Positions 36,508 to 46,076 of a stretch of DNA of 64,000 bases are shown here, piece after piece. Position 1 is the first letter of the stretch. Each line of letters begins with the position of its first letter. The position numbers were made by a program, and so were the translations under genes. Under the pieces are notes generated by a model, which did not search any database, was not told where the DNA came from, and was given only the letters and a program-made list of their open reading frames with translations. Origin of the DNA: Candidatus Cryptobacteroides sp. (GTDB lineage Bacteria; Bacteroidota; Bacteroidia; Bacteroidales; UBA932); assembly GCA_045126915.1 (NCBI GenBank), contig JBGVPH010000012.1, forward strand, positions 9,264 to 73,263. Direction: 5' to 3'.

Positions 36508-37575
36508 ATGTATAAGAATATTTTCAGGGTTTTGTCAGTTTTACTGGTTCTTTCTCTTTTCATTTCCTGTGCTGAAAGGGAACGGTATGTTACTTTCTCT
36601 GGGTATGCACAAGGAGGGACCTATGCGGTGAAAGCCAATTTCAAAGGAGTTCATGTCAGACCTGACGAAGTAGCTGTGAGGATTGATTCTCTGCTCAAGA
36701 CTATCGACAGGTCTCTTTCCGGATACAACAGAAATTCCATTCTCAGCAGATTCAATACTGGTGATGCTGTCATTCCCGATAGTCTCTTCCTTGACATTTA
36801 TGCCAGGGCATTTGAAATATATGATGTGACAGAAGGCTGTGTCGATCCGGCTTCGGCTCCTTTGTTCGACATGTGGGGCTTTGGTTTCAATTCTGAGAAT
36901 CATCCTTCAGACGAAAAAGTCAAGGAGGCTCTTGCCGGATGTGGAATGGACAGACTCAAAAGGAATATGGATGAGGCTCTTTCTGAAAATGGGAAACTTG
37001 TTCCGGAACATCTTCTTGCCACTGGAATATCCGGCCCGGCTCCAAAGCTGAATTATAATGCAATAGCCCAGGGCTATAGTTGTGATGTAGTTGCCGATTA
37101 TCTCTATTCCATCGGTGTCAAGGATATGATGGTGGACATAGGTGAAATTTTTTGCGATGGTGTTAACCCTACCGGAAAGCCATGGACCATAGGCATCGAC
37201 AGGCCGGTAGACGGTAATAACAATCCAGGAGCAGATCTTCAGGAAATATTTCATGTTCCGGATGGCCCTCATGGCGTAGTGACCTCAGGTAACTACAGGA
37301 AATTCTATCTTAGGGACGGGCGTAAATATTCGCACTCAATTGATCCGCGTACAGGTTTTCCCGTGCAACATAATCTGTTGAGTGCTACTGTGATAGCACC
37401 CGATGCAACCATAGCTGATGCATATGCAACCTATTGCATGGTGATAGGCCTGGAAGACTCTAAGGAATTCATTTCGTCAAAGCCTGAACTGGAGGCATGT
37501 CTTATCTATGATGAAGACGGTGAGATGAAGTCCTGGTGTTCCGAGGGATTTGTTCTCGTTACATCCGGGAAATAG
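36508..37575 (+). CDS. apbE: FAD:protein FMN transferase ApbE
   Basis: lipobox ISC; GYAQGGTY, LFDMWGFG, NAIAQGY..D, VVTSGNYR, IDPRTG, ADAYAT. Confidence 0.9.
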   Translation: MYKNIFRVLSVLLVLSLFISCAERERYVTFSGYAQGGTYAVKANFKGVHVRPDEVAVRIDSLLKTIDRSLSGYNRNSILSRFNTGDAVIPDSLFLDIYARAFEIYDVTEGCVDPASAPLFDMWGFGFNSENHPSDEKVKEALAGCGMDRLKRNMDEALSENGKLVPEHLLATGISGPAPKLNYNAIAQGYSCDVVADYLYSIGVKDMMVDIGEIFCDGVNPTGKPWTIGIDRPVDGNNNPGADLQEIFHVPDGPHGVVTSGNYRKFYLRDGRKYSHSIDPRTGFPVQHNLLSATVIAPDATIADAYATYCMVIGLEDSKEFISSKPELEACLIYDEDGEMKSWCSEGFVLVTSGK

Positions 37576-38653
37576 TTTCAATGATAAATATGAGACAGGA
37601 TGCTGCCTTTTCACAGATCTCTGTCAGGATTGCCGGGCAGAGACCTGCTGCGTTGAGTGCTACGGTGAGGATGGCAATAGGGATGAGAAACCCAGTGATC
37701 GGTAGGGTAAGGAGGTTGGTGAGGAGGAAATGTGTCGGAAAAGTCCCGAAATAGTGAAATGCTAAAGGTGCCGTAGTGAGCTGGCAGCTGATTGCCAATG
37801 ATGCGCTGTTCCAGATTTTTTTCATCGGCCCTCCGCTCTCGTCAGACCAAAGTTTTCTGATTGTTGGGTATATCCATGCAATTCCTGCCATAGCTGCATA
37901 TGAAAGTTGGAATCCTATGTCGAGTATTGCTGACGGGTTCACGACCAGATGTATCAGTAGACATTTGCGAAGCAGGTCCTTCAGGGAGACGGGGCGTCCT
38001 AAGGTGATGCCTGCCTCTCTCAGGATTATGAATAGGAGTGCCCTTGTCAATGATGCCGATGCACCGGTAGTCAGGGTGTAGATGGTGCAGATGGCGACAT
38101 TAACAGCTGAACGGACGAATTTTGCAGCCGGAGAATTTCCTATGATTGAAGTCGTTTTCCCCACAATCATGTATATGATTCCGAGGTGGAGTCCGGATAA
38201 GGCGAGGATGTGCGATGCTCCTGAGATTCTGAATGCTTCTGTGATTCTATGTGGGAGCTCGGCTCTGTTGCCGCACAGAAGTGCCTTCAATAGGGCGTTG
38301 ATATCCCGTTCGCTGAAGTTGATTGCATCGATTGATGCTTGGAATGCTTCTCCGGTAGCTTGGAATGCCGTGAGCTGAACTCTATCGCTTCCTGCTGTAT
38401 AACTTATGATTCTTCCGTTCAGGCCGCAGAATATCCCGGCAGCCAATGCTGTTGCAACTATAAGTATTTCAGGCGTTTTGGAGGTCGTGCCGGTCTGATT
38501 GTGTATGAGGCTTGACACCAGCCAGACAGTTACTGTCAGAGCGACAGCTGCAGCACTGTAGAGCTGCGAAATTGCTATCGATGTCAAGGTTGCTGAGAGC
38601 ACCCCGACGGCGAAAAATGGTTCAATCCCCACAAGCCCTTTCTGCACCACCAT
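37559..38653 (-). CDS. comEC: ComEC/Rec2 family competence membrane protein (short form)
   Basis: FRISGASHILALSGLHLG, SASLTRA, IGFQLSY.A, SCQLTTAPL..HYFG. Confidence 0.85.
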   Translation of the reverse strand: MVVQKGLVGIEPFFAVGVLSATLTSIAISQLYSAAAVALTVTVWLVSSLIHNQTGTTSKTPEILIVATALAAGIFCGLNGRIISYTAGSDRVQLTAFQATGEAFQASIDAINFSERDINALLKALLCGNRAELPHRITEAFRISGASHILALSGLHLGIIYMIVGKTTSIIGNSPAAKFVRSAVNVAICTIYTLTTGASASLTRALLFIILREAGITLGRPVSLKDLLRKCLLIHLVVNPSAILDIGFQLSYAAMAGIAWIYPTIRKLWSDESGGPMKKIWNSASLAISCQLTTAPLAFHYFGTFPTHFLLTNLLTLPITGFLIPIAILTVALNAAGLCPAILTEICEKAASCLIFIIETISRM

Positions 38654-38738
38654 ATTCCTTTCAAATTTTTGCTAAAGTAGCGATTATTTTTGTAACTTTG
38701 CAAGGATTGACTGGTAACGGAATAAATTTATTGAAATT

Positions 38739-39956
38739 ATGATAATCTTAGTTCTGAATTGTGGAAGCTCTTCTCTTAAGTATCAGCTTCTTGATATGAA
38801 AAATGAGGAGGTTTATGACCTTCTTGCCAAAGGCCTTGTAGAAAGAATCGGAATGGAAGTCGGATGTCTCAAGCACCAGGCTACAGGAAAGGAAAAGTTT
38901 GAGAAGGAAATGCCTATCGAGGATCATACGGTAGGTATCAAGGCTGTTCTTAATGCTCTTCTTGACAAGGAGCATGGTGTGCTTTCTACTCTTGAGGATA
39001 TCGAAGCCGTAGGTCATCGTGTCGTTCATGGTGCAGAGGAGTTCGTATGCAGCCAGCTCATAACTGATCAGGTTGTTGAACAGCTTGAGAAATGCTCGGT
39101 TTTCGCACCTCTCCACAATCCTGCGAACATTCTTGGAATCAAGGCTGTTTCTGCTGTGCTTCCTACAGTTCCCCAGGTCGGAGTATTCGACACAGCCTTC
39201 CATCAGACTATGCCGGCATATGCCTATATGTATGCTCTTCCATACGAGTATTACGACAAGTACCGCATCCGTCGTTATGGATTTCATGGTACAAGCCACA
39301 AATATGTTTCAGCTAAAGGTGCTAAGTTTGCAGGTCTCGAGCTCGGTTATTCGAAGATCATTACCTGTCACCTTGGAAACGGAAGCTCAATCGCAGCTGT
39401 CGTAAACGGAAAGTCTATAGATACATCAATGGGCTTTACTCCTCTTGAAGGTCTTATCATGGGAACACGTTGCGGAAATGTGGACCCGGATGTGGTTACC
39501 TACATTCAGGAAAAAGAAGGCTTTTCTCCGTCTGAAATGAGCAAGGTACTCAACAAGAAGAGTGGTTTCCTTGGACTTTCGGGAGTGTCTTCAGATGCGC
39601 GTGATCTTAATGAGGCTGCAAATGAGGGTAATGCAAGGGCTAAACTTACGCTCAAGAAGCTTACTTACGATATTACCAAGTTCATCGGTGCATATGCTGC
39701 AGCAATGAATGGTGTGGATCTCATCGTGTTCACAGGAGGTATCGGTGAGAACAATAGCCGTCTTCGTCGTAGAATCTGCGAGAACCTTACCTATCTCGGA
39801 GTCAAGTTCGACTATGATGCAAATGTAGTCAGGGGAGAGGATACAATTCTTACACTTCCTGACTCAAAGGTCAAGGTGGCTCTCATCACAACAAACGAGG
39901 AGCTCATGATTGCACGAGATACAATGGAGATCGTTCTTAACGAAGAGCAGCTTTAA
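38739..39956 (+). CDS. ackA: acetate kinase
   Basis: LNCGSSSLK, VGHRVVHG, APLHNPAN, FDTAFHQ, RYGFHGTSH, HLGNG, FTGGIGEN, TNEE. Confidence 0.97.
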   Translation: MIILVLNCGSSSLKYQLLDMKNEEVYDLLAKGLVERIGMEVGCLKHQATGKEKFEKEMPIEDHTVGIKAVLNALLDKEHGVLSTLEDIEAVGHRVVHGAEEFVCSQLITDQVVEQLEKCSVFAPLHNPANILGIKAVSAVLPTVPQVGVFDTAFHQTMPAYAYMYALPYEYYDKYRIRRYGFHGTSHKYVSAKGAKFAGLELGYSKIITCHLGNGSSIAAVVNGKSIDTSMGFTPLEGLIMGTRCGNVDPDVVTYIQEKEGFSPSEMSKVLNKKSGFLGLSGVSSDARDLNEAANEGNARAKLTLKKLTYDITKFIGAYAAAMNGVDLIVFTGGIGENNSRLRRRICENLTYLGVKFDYDANVVRGEDTILTLPDSKVKVALITTNEELMIARDTMEIVLNEEQL

Positions 39957-39961
39957 GAAAT

Positions 39962-40870
39962 ATGTTGACAGGATTCGATCAGATATTTGAAGAACTCAGA
40001 GGCCGTGGCTCAAAGAAGAGGATGGTTGCTGCCTGGGGTGTAGACAGTCACACTGTTGCTGCTGCAGGAAAGGCAGTTGAGGCCGGACTTGCTGATGTGA
40101 CACTGGTGGGTGACGAGGCTTTGATCTCGAAGGCCTGCACTGAGGAAGGCATAGCAATCTCGTCTTTTACAATTGTCCATAACCCGGATGAAATGTCTTC
40201 AGTCGCTCAGGCTGTTCAGATGGTTCGTGATGGACAGGGTGACTTTCTGATGAAGGGCTTATGCTCTACAGACAAGTTCCTCCGTGCTATCCTTAATAAG
40301 GAGACCGGACTTCTTCCGCCTAAGGGAACTCTGTCGCATTGCACTGTACTTGAAATTCCTCAGTATCACAAGCTTCTTTTTGTAGGTGACGTGGCTGTCA
40401 TACCTGCTCCTGACTTTAAACAAAAGCAGGTAATCCTGGATTACATAGTCAGGACGGCCAAGGCTGTGGGTGTGGAGAAGCCGAAGGTTGCAGTGATTGC
40501 TGCTACTGAGCAGGTCCTTCCAAGCCAGCCGGCAACAATAGAGGCTGCGATGCTTGCCAAGATGGCAGACAGAGGTCAGATAAAGGGATGCATAGTTGAC
40601 GGTCCTCTGGCACTGGATGTCGCTATCGATCAGGAATCCGTTGAAATAAAGGGTCTTGTAAGTCCGGTCGCAGGAGATGCAGACTGTCTTCTTTTCCCTA
40701 ATATAGAATCCGGCAATGTCTTCTATAAGTCGAACTCCAAGCTTGTTCCTGGAGTAAGACAGGCCGGTATTCTTGTCGGTGCTAAAGTTCCTTGCGTGCT
40801 TTCTTCGCGTGCAGACAGCATTGACACAAAACTTAACTCCATTGCAATTGCTGCAATGTCAGCAAGATAA
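39962..40870 (+). CDS. ptb: phosphate butyryl/acyltransferase (PTA_PTB family)
   Basis: LMKG...T..FLRA.L, VDGPLALDVA, AGDADCLLFPNIESGN, SRADS. Confidence 0.85.
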   Translation: MLTGFDQIFEELRGRGSKKRMVAAWGVDSHTVAAAGKAVEAGLADVTLVGDEALISKACTEEGIAISSFTIVHNPDEMSSVAQAVQMVRDGQGDFLMKGLCSTDKFLRAILNKETGLLPPKGTLSHCTVLEIPQYHKLLFVGDVAVIPAPDFKQKQVILDYIVRTAKAVGVEKPKVAVIAATEQVLPSQPATIEAAMLAKMADRGQIKGCIVDGPLALDVAIDQESVEIKGLVSPVAGDADCLLFPNIESGNVFYKSNSKLVPGVRQAGILVGAKVPCVLSSRADSIDTKLNSIAIAAMSAR

Positions 40871-40873
40871 GAT

Positions 40874-41980
40874 ATGAAAGGTAGAATTCTGGTCATAAAT
40901 ACAGGCTCAACTTCCACAAAGATCGGATTTTACGATGCCGGCGAGAAGCTCTTTGAGCAGAATCTCACACATTCTGCAGAGGAAGTAGCCAGGTATGAAT
41001 CTGTAATGGATCAGACTGATATGCGTCGGGATGCAATAATCAGTTTCCTGAAGGAAAAGGATATTGCTCTTGAGAGCATAGATATAGCTATGGCAAGAGG
41101 TGGTCTCATAACACCGATCCGTACCGGAGTATATAGCGTGAATCAGGAAATGCGTGATGCCTTGATGGCCGGAAGGGAAGGAGTTCATGCCTGCAACCTG
41201 AGCGCCCTTCTTGCGGATGATATAGCAGCTCTTATAAACGAGGCCAGAACTGATGGTGTGAAATGTAAAGCCTACATTGCAGATCCTCCTATGGCTGATG
41301 AGATGCTTCCGGAAGTCAAGATCGGAGGTCTGCCTGAGTTCCCTCGCAGGACATTGTTCCATGCACTGAACTCTCGTGCTATGGTGCGCAGATATGCGAG
41401 AAGCGTAGGAAAGACAAATAAGGAAGTGACTGTGGTTGTTGCCCATATGGGTGGAGGATCATCTGTTTCACTTCACAGGAACGGTCTTGTAATAGATGTT
41501 AATGACTCTTTAGGCGGTGATGGCCCTATAAGTCCTGAGCGTGCCGGCAGCGTGCCTGGATTCCAGCTTGTGGAGCAATGTTTCAGCGGTGAGTGGACGA
41601 GGGACCAGATAAAGAAACGCCTCGTGGGGCGCGGTGGTGCGGTTGCCTATTTCGGAACAAATGATTTCAGAGGACTCGTCGAGAGGGCAAAGGCTGGTGA
41701 CAAGGAGTGCGAGACCTTCATCAAGGGCTATTGCATCTCGTTTGCAAAATATATAGCGGCGGTGTCCACAGTTGTGTGCGGAAAGGTTGATGCCATAATT
41801 CTGACCGGTGGAATTGCCTACAGCGAATATATTACAGATGACATCAAGGAACGTGTGAGCTTCATTGCTCCGGTTCATATTTATCCGGGAGAAAACGAGC
41901 TTGAGTCGCTCGCGGAGAACGGATACGGTATACTTGCCGGTGAGTTTGAGATAAAGGAATATAGTTCTAAAGTTATATAA
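40874..41980 (+). CDS. buk: butyrate (branched-chain carboxylate) kinase
   Basis: ILVINTGSTSTK, RGG, HACNL, HALN, AHMGGG.SV, GPISPERAG, LTGGIA, PGENE. Confidence 0.9.
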   Translation: MKGRILVINTGSTSTKIGFYDAGEKLFEQNLTHSAEEVARYESVMDQTDMRRDAIISFLKEKDIALESIDIAMARGGLITPIRTGVYSVNQEMRDALMAGREGVHACNLSALLADDIAALINEARTDGVKCKAYIADPPMADEMLPEVKIGGLPEFPRRTLFHALNSRAMVRRYARSVGKTNKEVTVVVAHMGGGSSVSLHRNGLVIDVNDSLGGDGPISPERAGSVPGFQLVEQCFSGEWTRDQIKKRLVGRGGAVAYFGTNDFRGLVERAKAGDKECETFIKGYCISFAKYIAAVSTVVCGKVDAIILTGGIAYSEYITDDIKERVSFIAPVHIYPGENELESLAENGYGILAGEFEIKEYSSKVI

Positions 41981-41984
41981 ACAA

Positions 41985-43589
41985 ATGTCTAAGGAATACG
42001 ATGTTATCATTGTCGGCGGAGGAGCTACAGGCGCAGGTACAGCCAGAGATTGTGCTATGCGTGGATTGAAGACCCTCCTGCTTGAGCGCCACGATTTTTC
42101 TGCCGGCGCAACAGGACGAAATCACGGACTTCTTCACAGTGGTGCCCGCTATGCGGTGACCGATCAGGAGTCTGCTGAGGAATGTATCAGGGAGAATATG
42201 ATTCTTCGCAAGGTTGCCCGCCATTGCGTTGAGGAGACAGACGGTCTCTTTATCACTCTTCCAGAAGATGACCTTGGCTTCCAGTCAACCTTCGTAGATG
42301 CTTGTCTTCGTGCTGGCATCAATGCACAGGCTATTGACCCTAAGGAAGCTATCAGATTGGAGCCTTCTGTAAACAAGAGCCTGATAGGAGCAGTAAAGGT
42401 ACCTGACGGAGCTGTGGATCCGTTCAGACTTACAATGGCAAATGTTCTCGATGCACGTCTTCATGGAGCGGATGTCCTTACATATCATGAGGTTACAGCT
42501 TTTGTGAAGGAAGGTGACAGAGTTGTCGGTGTTGAAGTATATGATGTTCATGCTAAGGAGAAGAAGGTGCTTCGTAGCCGTCTTGTCATCAATGCAGGCG
42601 GTATTTGGGGACATCGTATTGCAGAGATGGCTGGTGCTACAGTCAATATGTTCCCAGCAAAGGGTGCTCTCCTGATCTTCGGTCACAGAGTCAACAATCT
42701 CGTCATCAACAGATGTCGTAAGCCGGCTGATGCTGATATCCTTGTTCCTGGTGATACAATCTGTCTTATCGGAACTACATCGAGCCGTCTTCCTTACGAC
42801 CAGATCGATGATATGAAGGTAACTGCGGATGAGGTTGATCTCCTTCTTCGTGAGGGTGAGAAACTTGCTCCGGAGCTTGCTTATACGAGAATTCTCCGTG
42901 CATATGCGGGTGTACGCCCTCTCGTTGCTGCAGATAATGACCCATCTGGCAGAAGCATCAGCCGTGGAATTGTCTGCCTTGACCACGAGACACGTGATGG
43001 TATACCTGGATTCATCACAATCACAGGTGGTAAGCTGATGACATACCGACTTATGGCAGAGTGGGCTACTGACCTTGCCTGCAATAAGCTTGGAATCGAT
43101 AAGAAATGTCAGACAGCAGATATCCCTCTTCCTGGTTCTGAAATCACTGAGGAAGACAGATATGCAGCAGGCTTTGACCTTGGTGGCAAGGCTGCACGTG
43201 GACGTCATGGTTCACGTTCTGTCAACATAAAGGCTGCAAATAAATATGACGAGTCTCTCATTTGTGAGTGTGAGGGAGTTTCTGTAGCAGAGGTTAACTA
43301 CGCTATCGAGACTCTTGACGCTAAGAATATTACAAACCTCCGTCGTAGAACAAGACTTGGAATGGGAACATGCCAGGGTGAGCTTTGTGCTTGCCGTGCT
43401 GCAGGACTTCTCAGCAAGGCGAACGGATGTTCACGCAAGTCAGTTGAGGATCTTGCTAAGTTTATGAATGAGAGATGGAAGGGAATGGCTCCTGTTTCAT
43501 GGGGAGACACCCTCTCAGAGGCTCAGTTTACATCATGGATTTATGAAGGAGTCTGCGGACTTGACGCTTTCGACAAAAAAGAGGAATAG
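41985..43589 (+). CDS. glpA: anaerobic glycerol-3-phosphate dehydrogenase subunit A
   Basis: GGGATGAG, GATGRNHGLLHSGARYAV, GGKLMTYRLMAE, C-terminal CECE...RLGMGTCQGELCACRA. Confidence 0.95.
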   Translation: MSKEYDVIIVGGGATGAGTARDCAMRGLKTLLLERHDFSAGATGRNHGLLHSGARYAVTDQESAEECIRENMILRKVARHCVEETDGLFITLPEDDLGFQSTFVDACLRAGINAQAIDPKEAIRLEPSVNKSLIGAVKVPDGAVDPFRLTMANVLDARLHGADVLTYHEVTAFVKEGDRVVGVEVYDVHAKEKKVLRSRLVINAGGIWGHRIAEMAGATVNMFPAKGALLIFGHRVNNLVINRCRKPADADILVPGDTICLIGTTSSRLPYDQIDDMKVTADEVDLLLREGEKLAPELAYTRILRAYAGVRPLVAADNDPSGRSISRGIVCLDHETRDGIPGFITITGGKLMTYRLMAEWATDLACNKLGIDKKCQTADIPLPGSEITEEDRYAAGFDLGGKAARGRHGSRSVNIKAANKYDESLICECEGVSVAEVNYAIETLDAKNITNLRRRTRLGMGTCQGELCACRAAGLLSKANGCSRKSVEDLAKFMNERWKGMAPVSWGDTLSEAQFTSWIYEGVCGLDAFDKKEE

Positions 43590-43592
43590 GCT

Positions 43593-44819
43593 ATGAGATT
43601 TGATACTATAATTATAGGTGGAGGCCTTAGCGGTCTCGTTGCTGGAATCGAACTTGTTCGTAAAGGCCAGAAGTGTCTGATTGTGTCGTCCGGTCAGAGT
43701 GCTCTTCATTTTTTCTCAGGTTCATTTGAACTTTACGGAAAGGATGAAAATCCTTTAAAGGCAATTGTCGGATTGGATGCTGCACATCCATATACGAAGC
43801 TTGGAGTTGAGCGTGTAGAAGCATTGACTTCACGTGTGAAGCCATTCTTTGCGGAAATCGGATTGAATTTCAAGGGTGATGCTTCTGCAAATCACTGGAG
43901 AATTACGCCACTTGGCGTTATGAAGAGAGCGTGGCTTACACTAGATGAGTATGCAACTTTTGAATCTGCCGAGCAGATGCCATGGAAGAAGGTCTGCATT
44001 CTCAATATTGACGGCTTCCTTGATTTCCACACAAGCTATATAGCTGCAGCTTTAGAGCAGAAGGGTGTGGAGACTACAGTAGCTTCATTGTCTGCACCGC
44101 AGTTCGACAAATTGAGAGAGAACCCTACAGAGATGCGTTCTACTAACATTTCGAAGGTTATTATTGGTGATTTTGTCCAGGCTCTTGCTGCGCAGATCAA
44201 CGAAAAAGCAGCTGGTGCTGAGGTTGTTTTTATGCCTGCAGTTGCTGGACTCACAGGTACTGCTGAGGTCCAGCGCCTCAAGGAACTTGTAAATGTTCCG
44301 CTTGATTTTCTTCCTACTCTTCCTCCTTCAACTCCTGGTATTCGTATCCAGATGATGCTGAAGAAATATTTCCAGAATCAGGGTGGAGTTTATATGCTTG
44401 GTGATTCTGTCAAGGAGGGTAAGTTTGAAAACGGCAAGCTAGTCAGCATAAAGACAGTGAATCATGAGGATACTGAGTTTGTTGCAGACAACTTCGTGCT
44501 TGCATCCGGAAGCTTCTTCAGCAAGGGTCTTGTGGCTTCACAGACAGGTGTTGCAGAGCCTATCTTCGGCCTCGATATTGATGCAGATTCTGACAGAGGA
44601 AACTGGTTTGAGCGTAATATGTTTGAGGCACAGCCATACATGAAGTATGGAGTTGCATCTGACGATAAATTCCGTGCACAGAAAGAAGGTCAGACAATAG
44701 AGAATGTTTATGTTGCCGGTTCTGTGTTGAGCGGTTTCAATGCCATCAAGGAAGGATGCGGAGCAGGTGTCTCTATTCTTACAGCCCTTAATGTTGCAGA
44801 TAGCATTGTTGAAAACTAG
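43593..44819 (+). CDS. glpB: anaerobic glycerol-3-phosphate dehydrogenase subunit B
   Basis: IIGGGLSG, GQSALHFFSGS, PTLPPS.PG.R, LASGSFFSKGL, EGCGAGV. Confidence 0.93.
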   Translation: MRFDTIIIGGGLSGLVAGIELVRKGQKCLIVSSGQSALHFFSGSFELYGKDENPLKAIVGLDAAHPYTKLGVERVEALTSRVKPFFAEIGLNFKGDASANHWRITPLGVMKRAWLTLDEYATFESAEQMPWKKVCILNIDGFLDFHTSYIAAALEQKGVETTVASLSAPQFDKLRENPTEMRSTNISKVIIGDFVQALAAQINEKAAGAEVVFMPAVAGLTGTAEVQRLKELVNVPLDFLPTLPPSTPGIRIQMMLKKYFQNQGGVYMLGDSVKEGKFENGKLVSIKTVNHEDTEFVADNFVLASGSFFSKGLVASQTGVAEPIFGLDIDADSDRGNWFERNMFEAQPYMKYGVASDDKFRAQKEGQTIENVYVAGSVLSGFNAIKEGCGAGVSILTALNVADSIVEN

Positions 44820-44834
44820 TCAAAACTGAAATTT

Positions 44835-46076
44835 ATGAGCAAGGAACAGAATACAAACGCAGAAAGTTTTGAGCAGTGCCTCAAATGTACAGTATGTACC
44901 GTCTATTGTCCAATGGTTGCTGTGAATCCTGATTATCCGGGTCCTAAGCAGGCTGGTCCAGACGGTGAAAGATATCGTCTCAAGAACCCGGTATTCTATG
45001 ATGAGGCTCTTGATCTGTGTCTCAATTGCAAGAGATGTGAGGTTGCATGTCCTTCAAATGTAAAGATCGGAGACATTATCCAGAGTGCACGTCTTAAGTA
45101 TAGCAGCAAGAAGCCGAAGCTTCGTGACTTCATTCTTGCCAATACTGACCTCATGGGTACCGTTGCCTCTACTATGGCTCCAGTTGTTAACTTTACATTG
45201 GGCCTTAAGCCGGTGAAGGCAGTGATGGATACAGTGCTTGCAGTGGATCATCATAGGACATTCCCTAAGTATACAGGACAGAAGTTCGAGACTTGGTTCA
45301 AGAGATATGCTCTCAAGAAGCAGGAGGAATATACTAAGAAGGTGAGTTATTTCCACGGTTGCTATGCTAACTACAACTATCCTAAGCTTGCTAAGGATTT
45401 TGTAAAGATCATGAATGCAATCGGTTACGGCGTCAACCTCCTTGAGAAGGAGAAGTGCTGCGGTGTAGCTCTCATTTCAAATGGATTCAAGGATCAGGCA
45501 GTTAAGCATGCTGAACTTAACCTTGGCAGCATCAGAAAGGCTGTCGGTAGAGGAGAACCTGTTCTTGCCACCAGCTCGACTTGCACTTTTACCATGCGTG
45601 ATGAGTATGCACACATTCTTGAGATAGATAACTCAGATGTACGCAACAGCATCGCATTGGCAACAAAGTTCATCTTCGAACTTGTTGATGCCGGCAAGGT
45701 GAAGCTTGTCTTCAAGGATGACTATCGCAAGAGAATCGCATACCATACTCCTTGTCATATGGAGAAACTCGGATGGGCAGTATATTCTACTTCATTGATG
45801 AGGATGATCCCTGGTGTAGACTTCAATATGCTTGACTCGCAGTGCTGCGGTATCGCAGGTACATACGGATTCAAGAAGGAGCACTACAATGACTCGCAGA
45901 ATATCGGTGCACCGGTGTTCCGTCAGATCAAGGATCTTCAGGTTGATATGGTAGCTACTGATTGTGAGACCTGCAAGTGGCAGATTGAGATGAGCGCAGG
46001 AGTTGAGGTTCAGAATCCTATTTCGATAATAGCTGACGCCCTTGATGTAGAGGCTACAGAGAAGGCGAACAGATAG
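44835..46076 (+). CDS. glpC: anaerobic glycerol-3-phosphate dehydrogenase subunit C
   Basis: two 4Fe-4S motifs CLKCTVC...CP and CLNCKRC...CP; YPGPKQAGPDGER.R; CCG domains. Confidence 0.94.
   Translation: MSKEQNTNAESFEQCLKCTVCTVYCPMVAVNPDYPGPKQAGPDGERYRLKNPVFYDEALDLCLNCKRCEVACPSNVKIGDIIQSARLKYSSKKPKLRDFILANTDLMGTVASTMAPVVNFTLGLKPVKAVMDTVLAVDHHRTFPKYTGQKFETWFKRYALKKQEEYTKKVSYFHGCYANYNYPKLAKDFVKIMNAIGYGVNLLEKEKCCGVALISNGFKDQAVKHAELNLGSIRKAVGRGEPVLATSSTCTFTMRDEYAHILEIDNSDVRNSIALATKFIFELVDAGKVKLVFKDDYRKRIAYHTPCHMEKLGWAVYSTSLMRMIPGVDFNMLDSQCCGIAGTYGFKKEHYNDSQNIGAPVFRQIKDLQVDMVATDCETCKWQIEMSAGVEVQNPISIIADALDVEATEKANR

Noticed and set aside
42285-43208. Long antisense ORFs (e.g. 42285-43208, 29175-29996, 27538-28161, 9560-10129)
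   Set aside because: They are shadows of well-conserved genes on the opposite strand with biased codon use, and show no recognisable motifs
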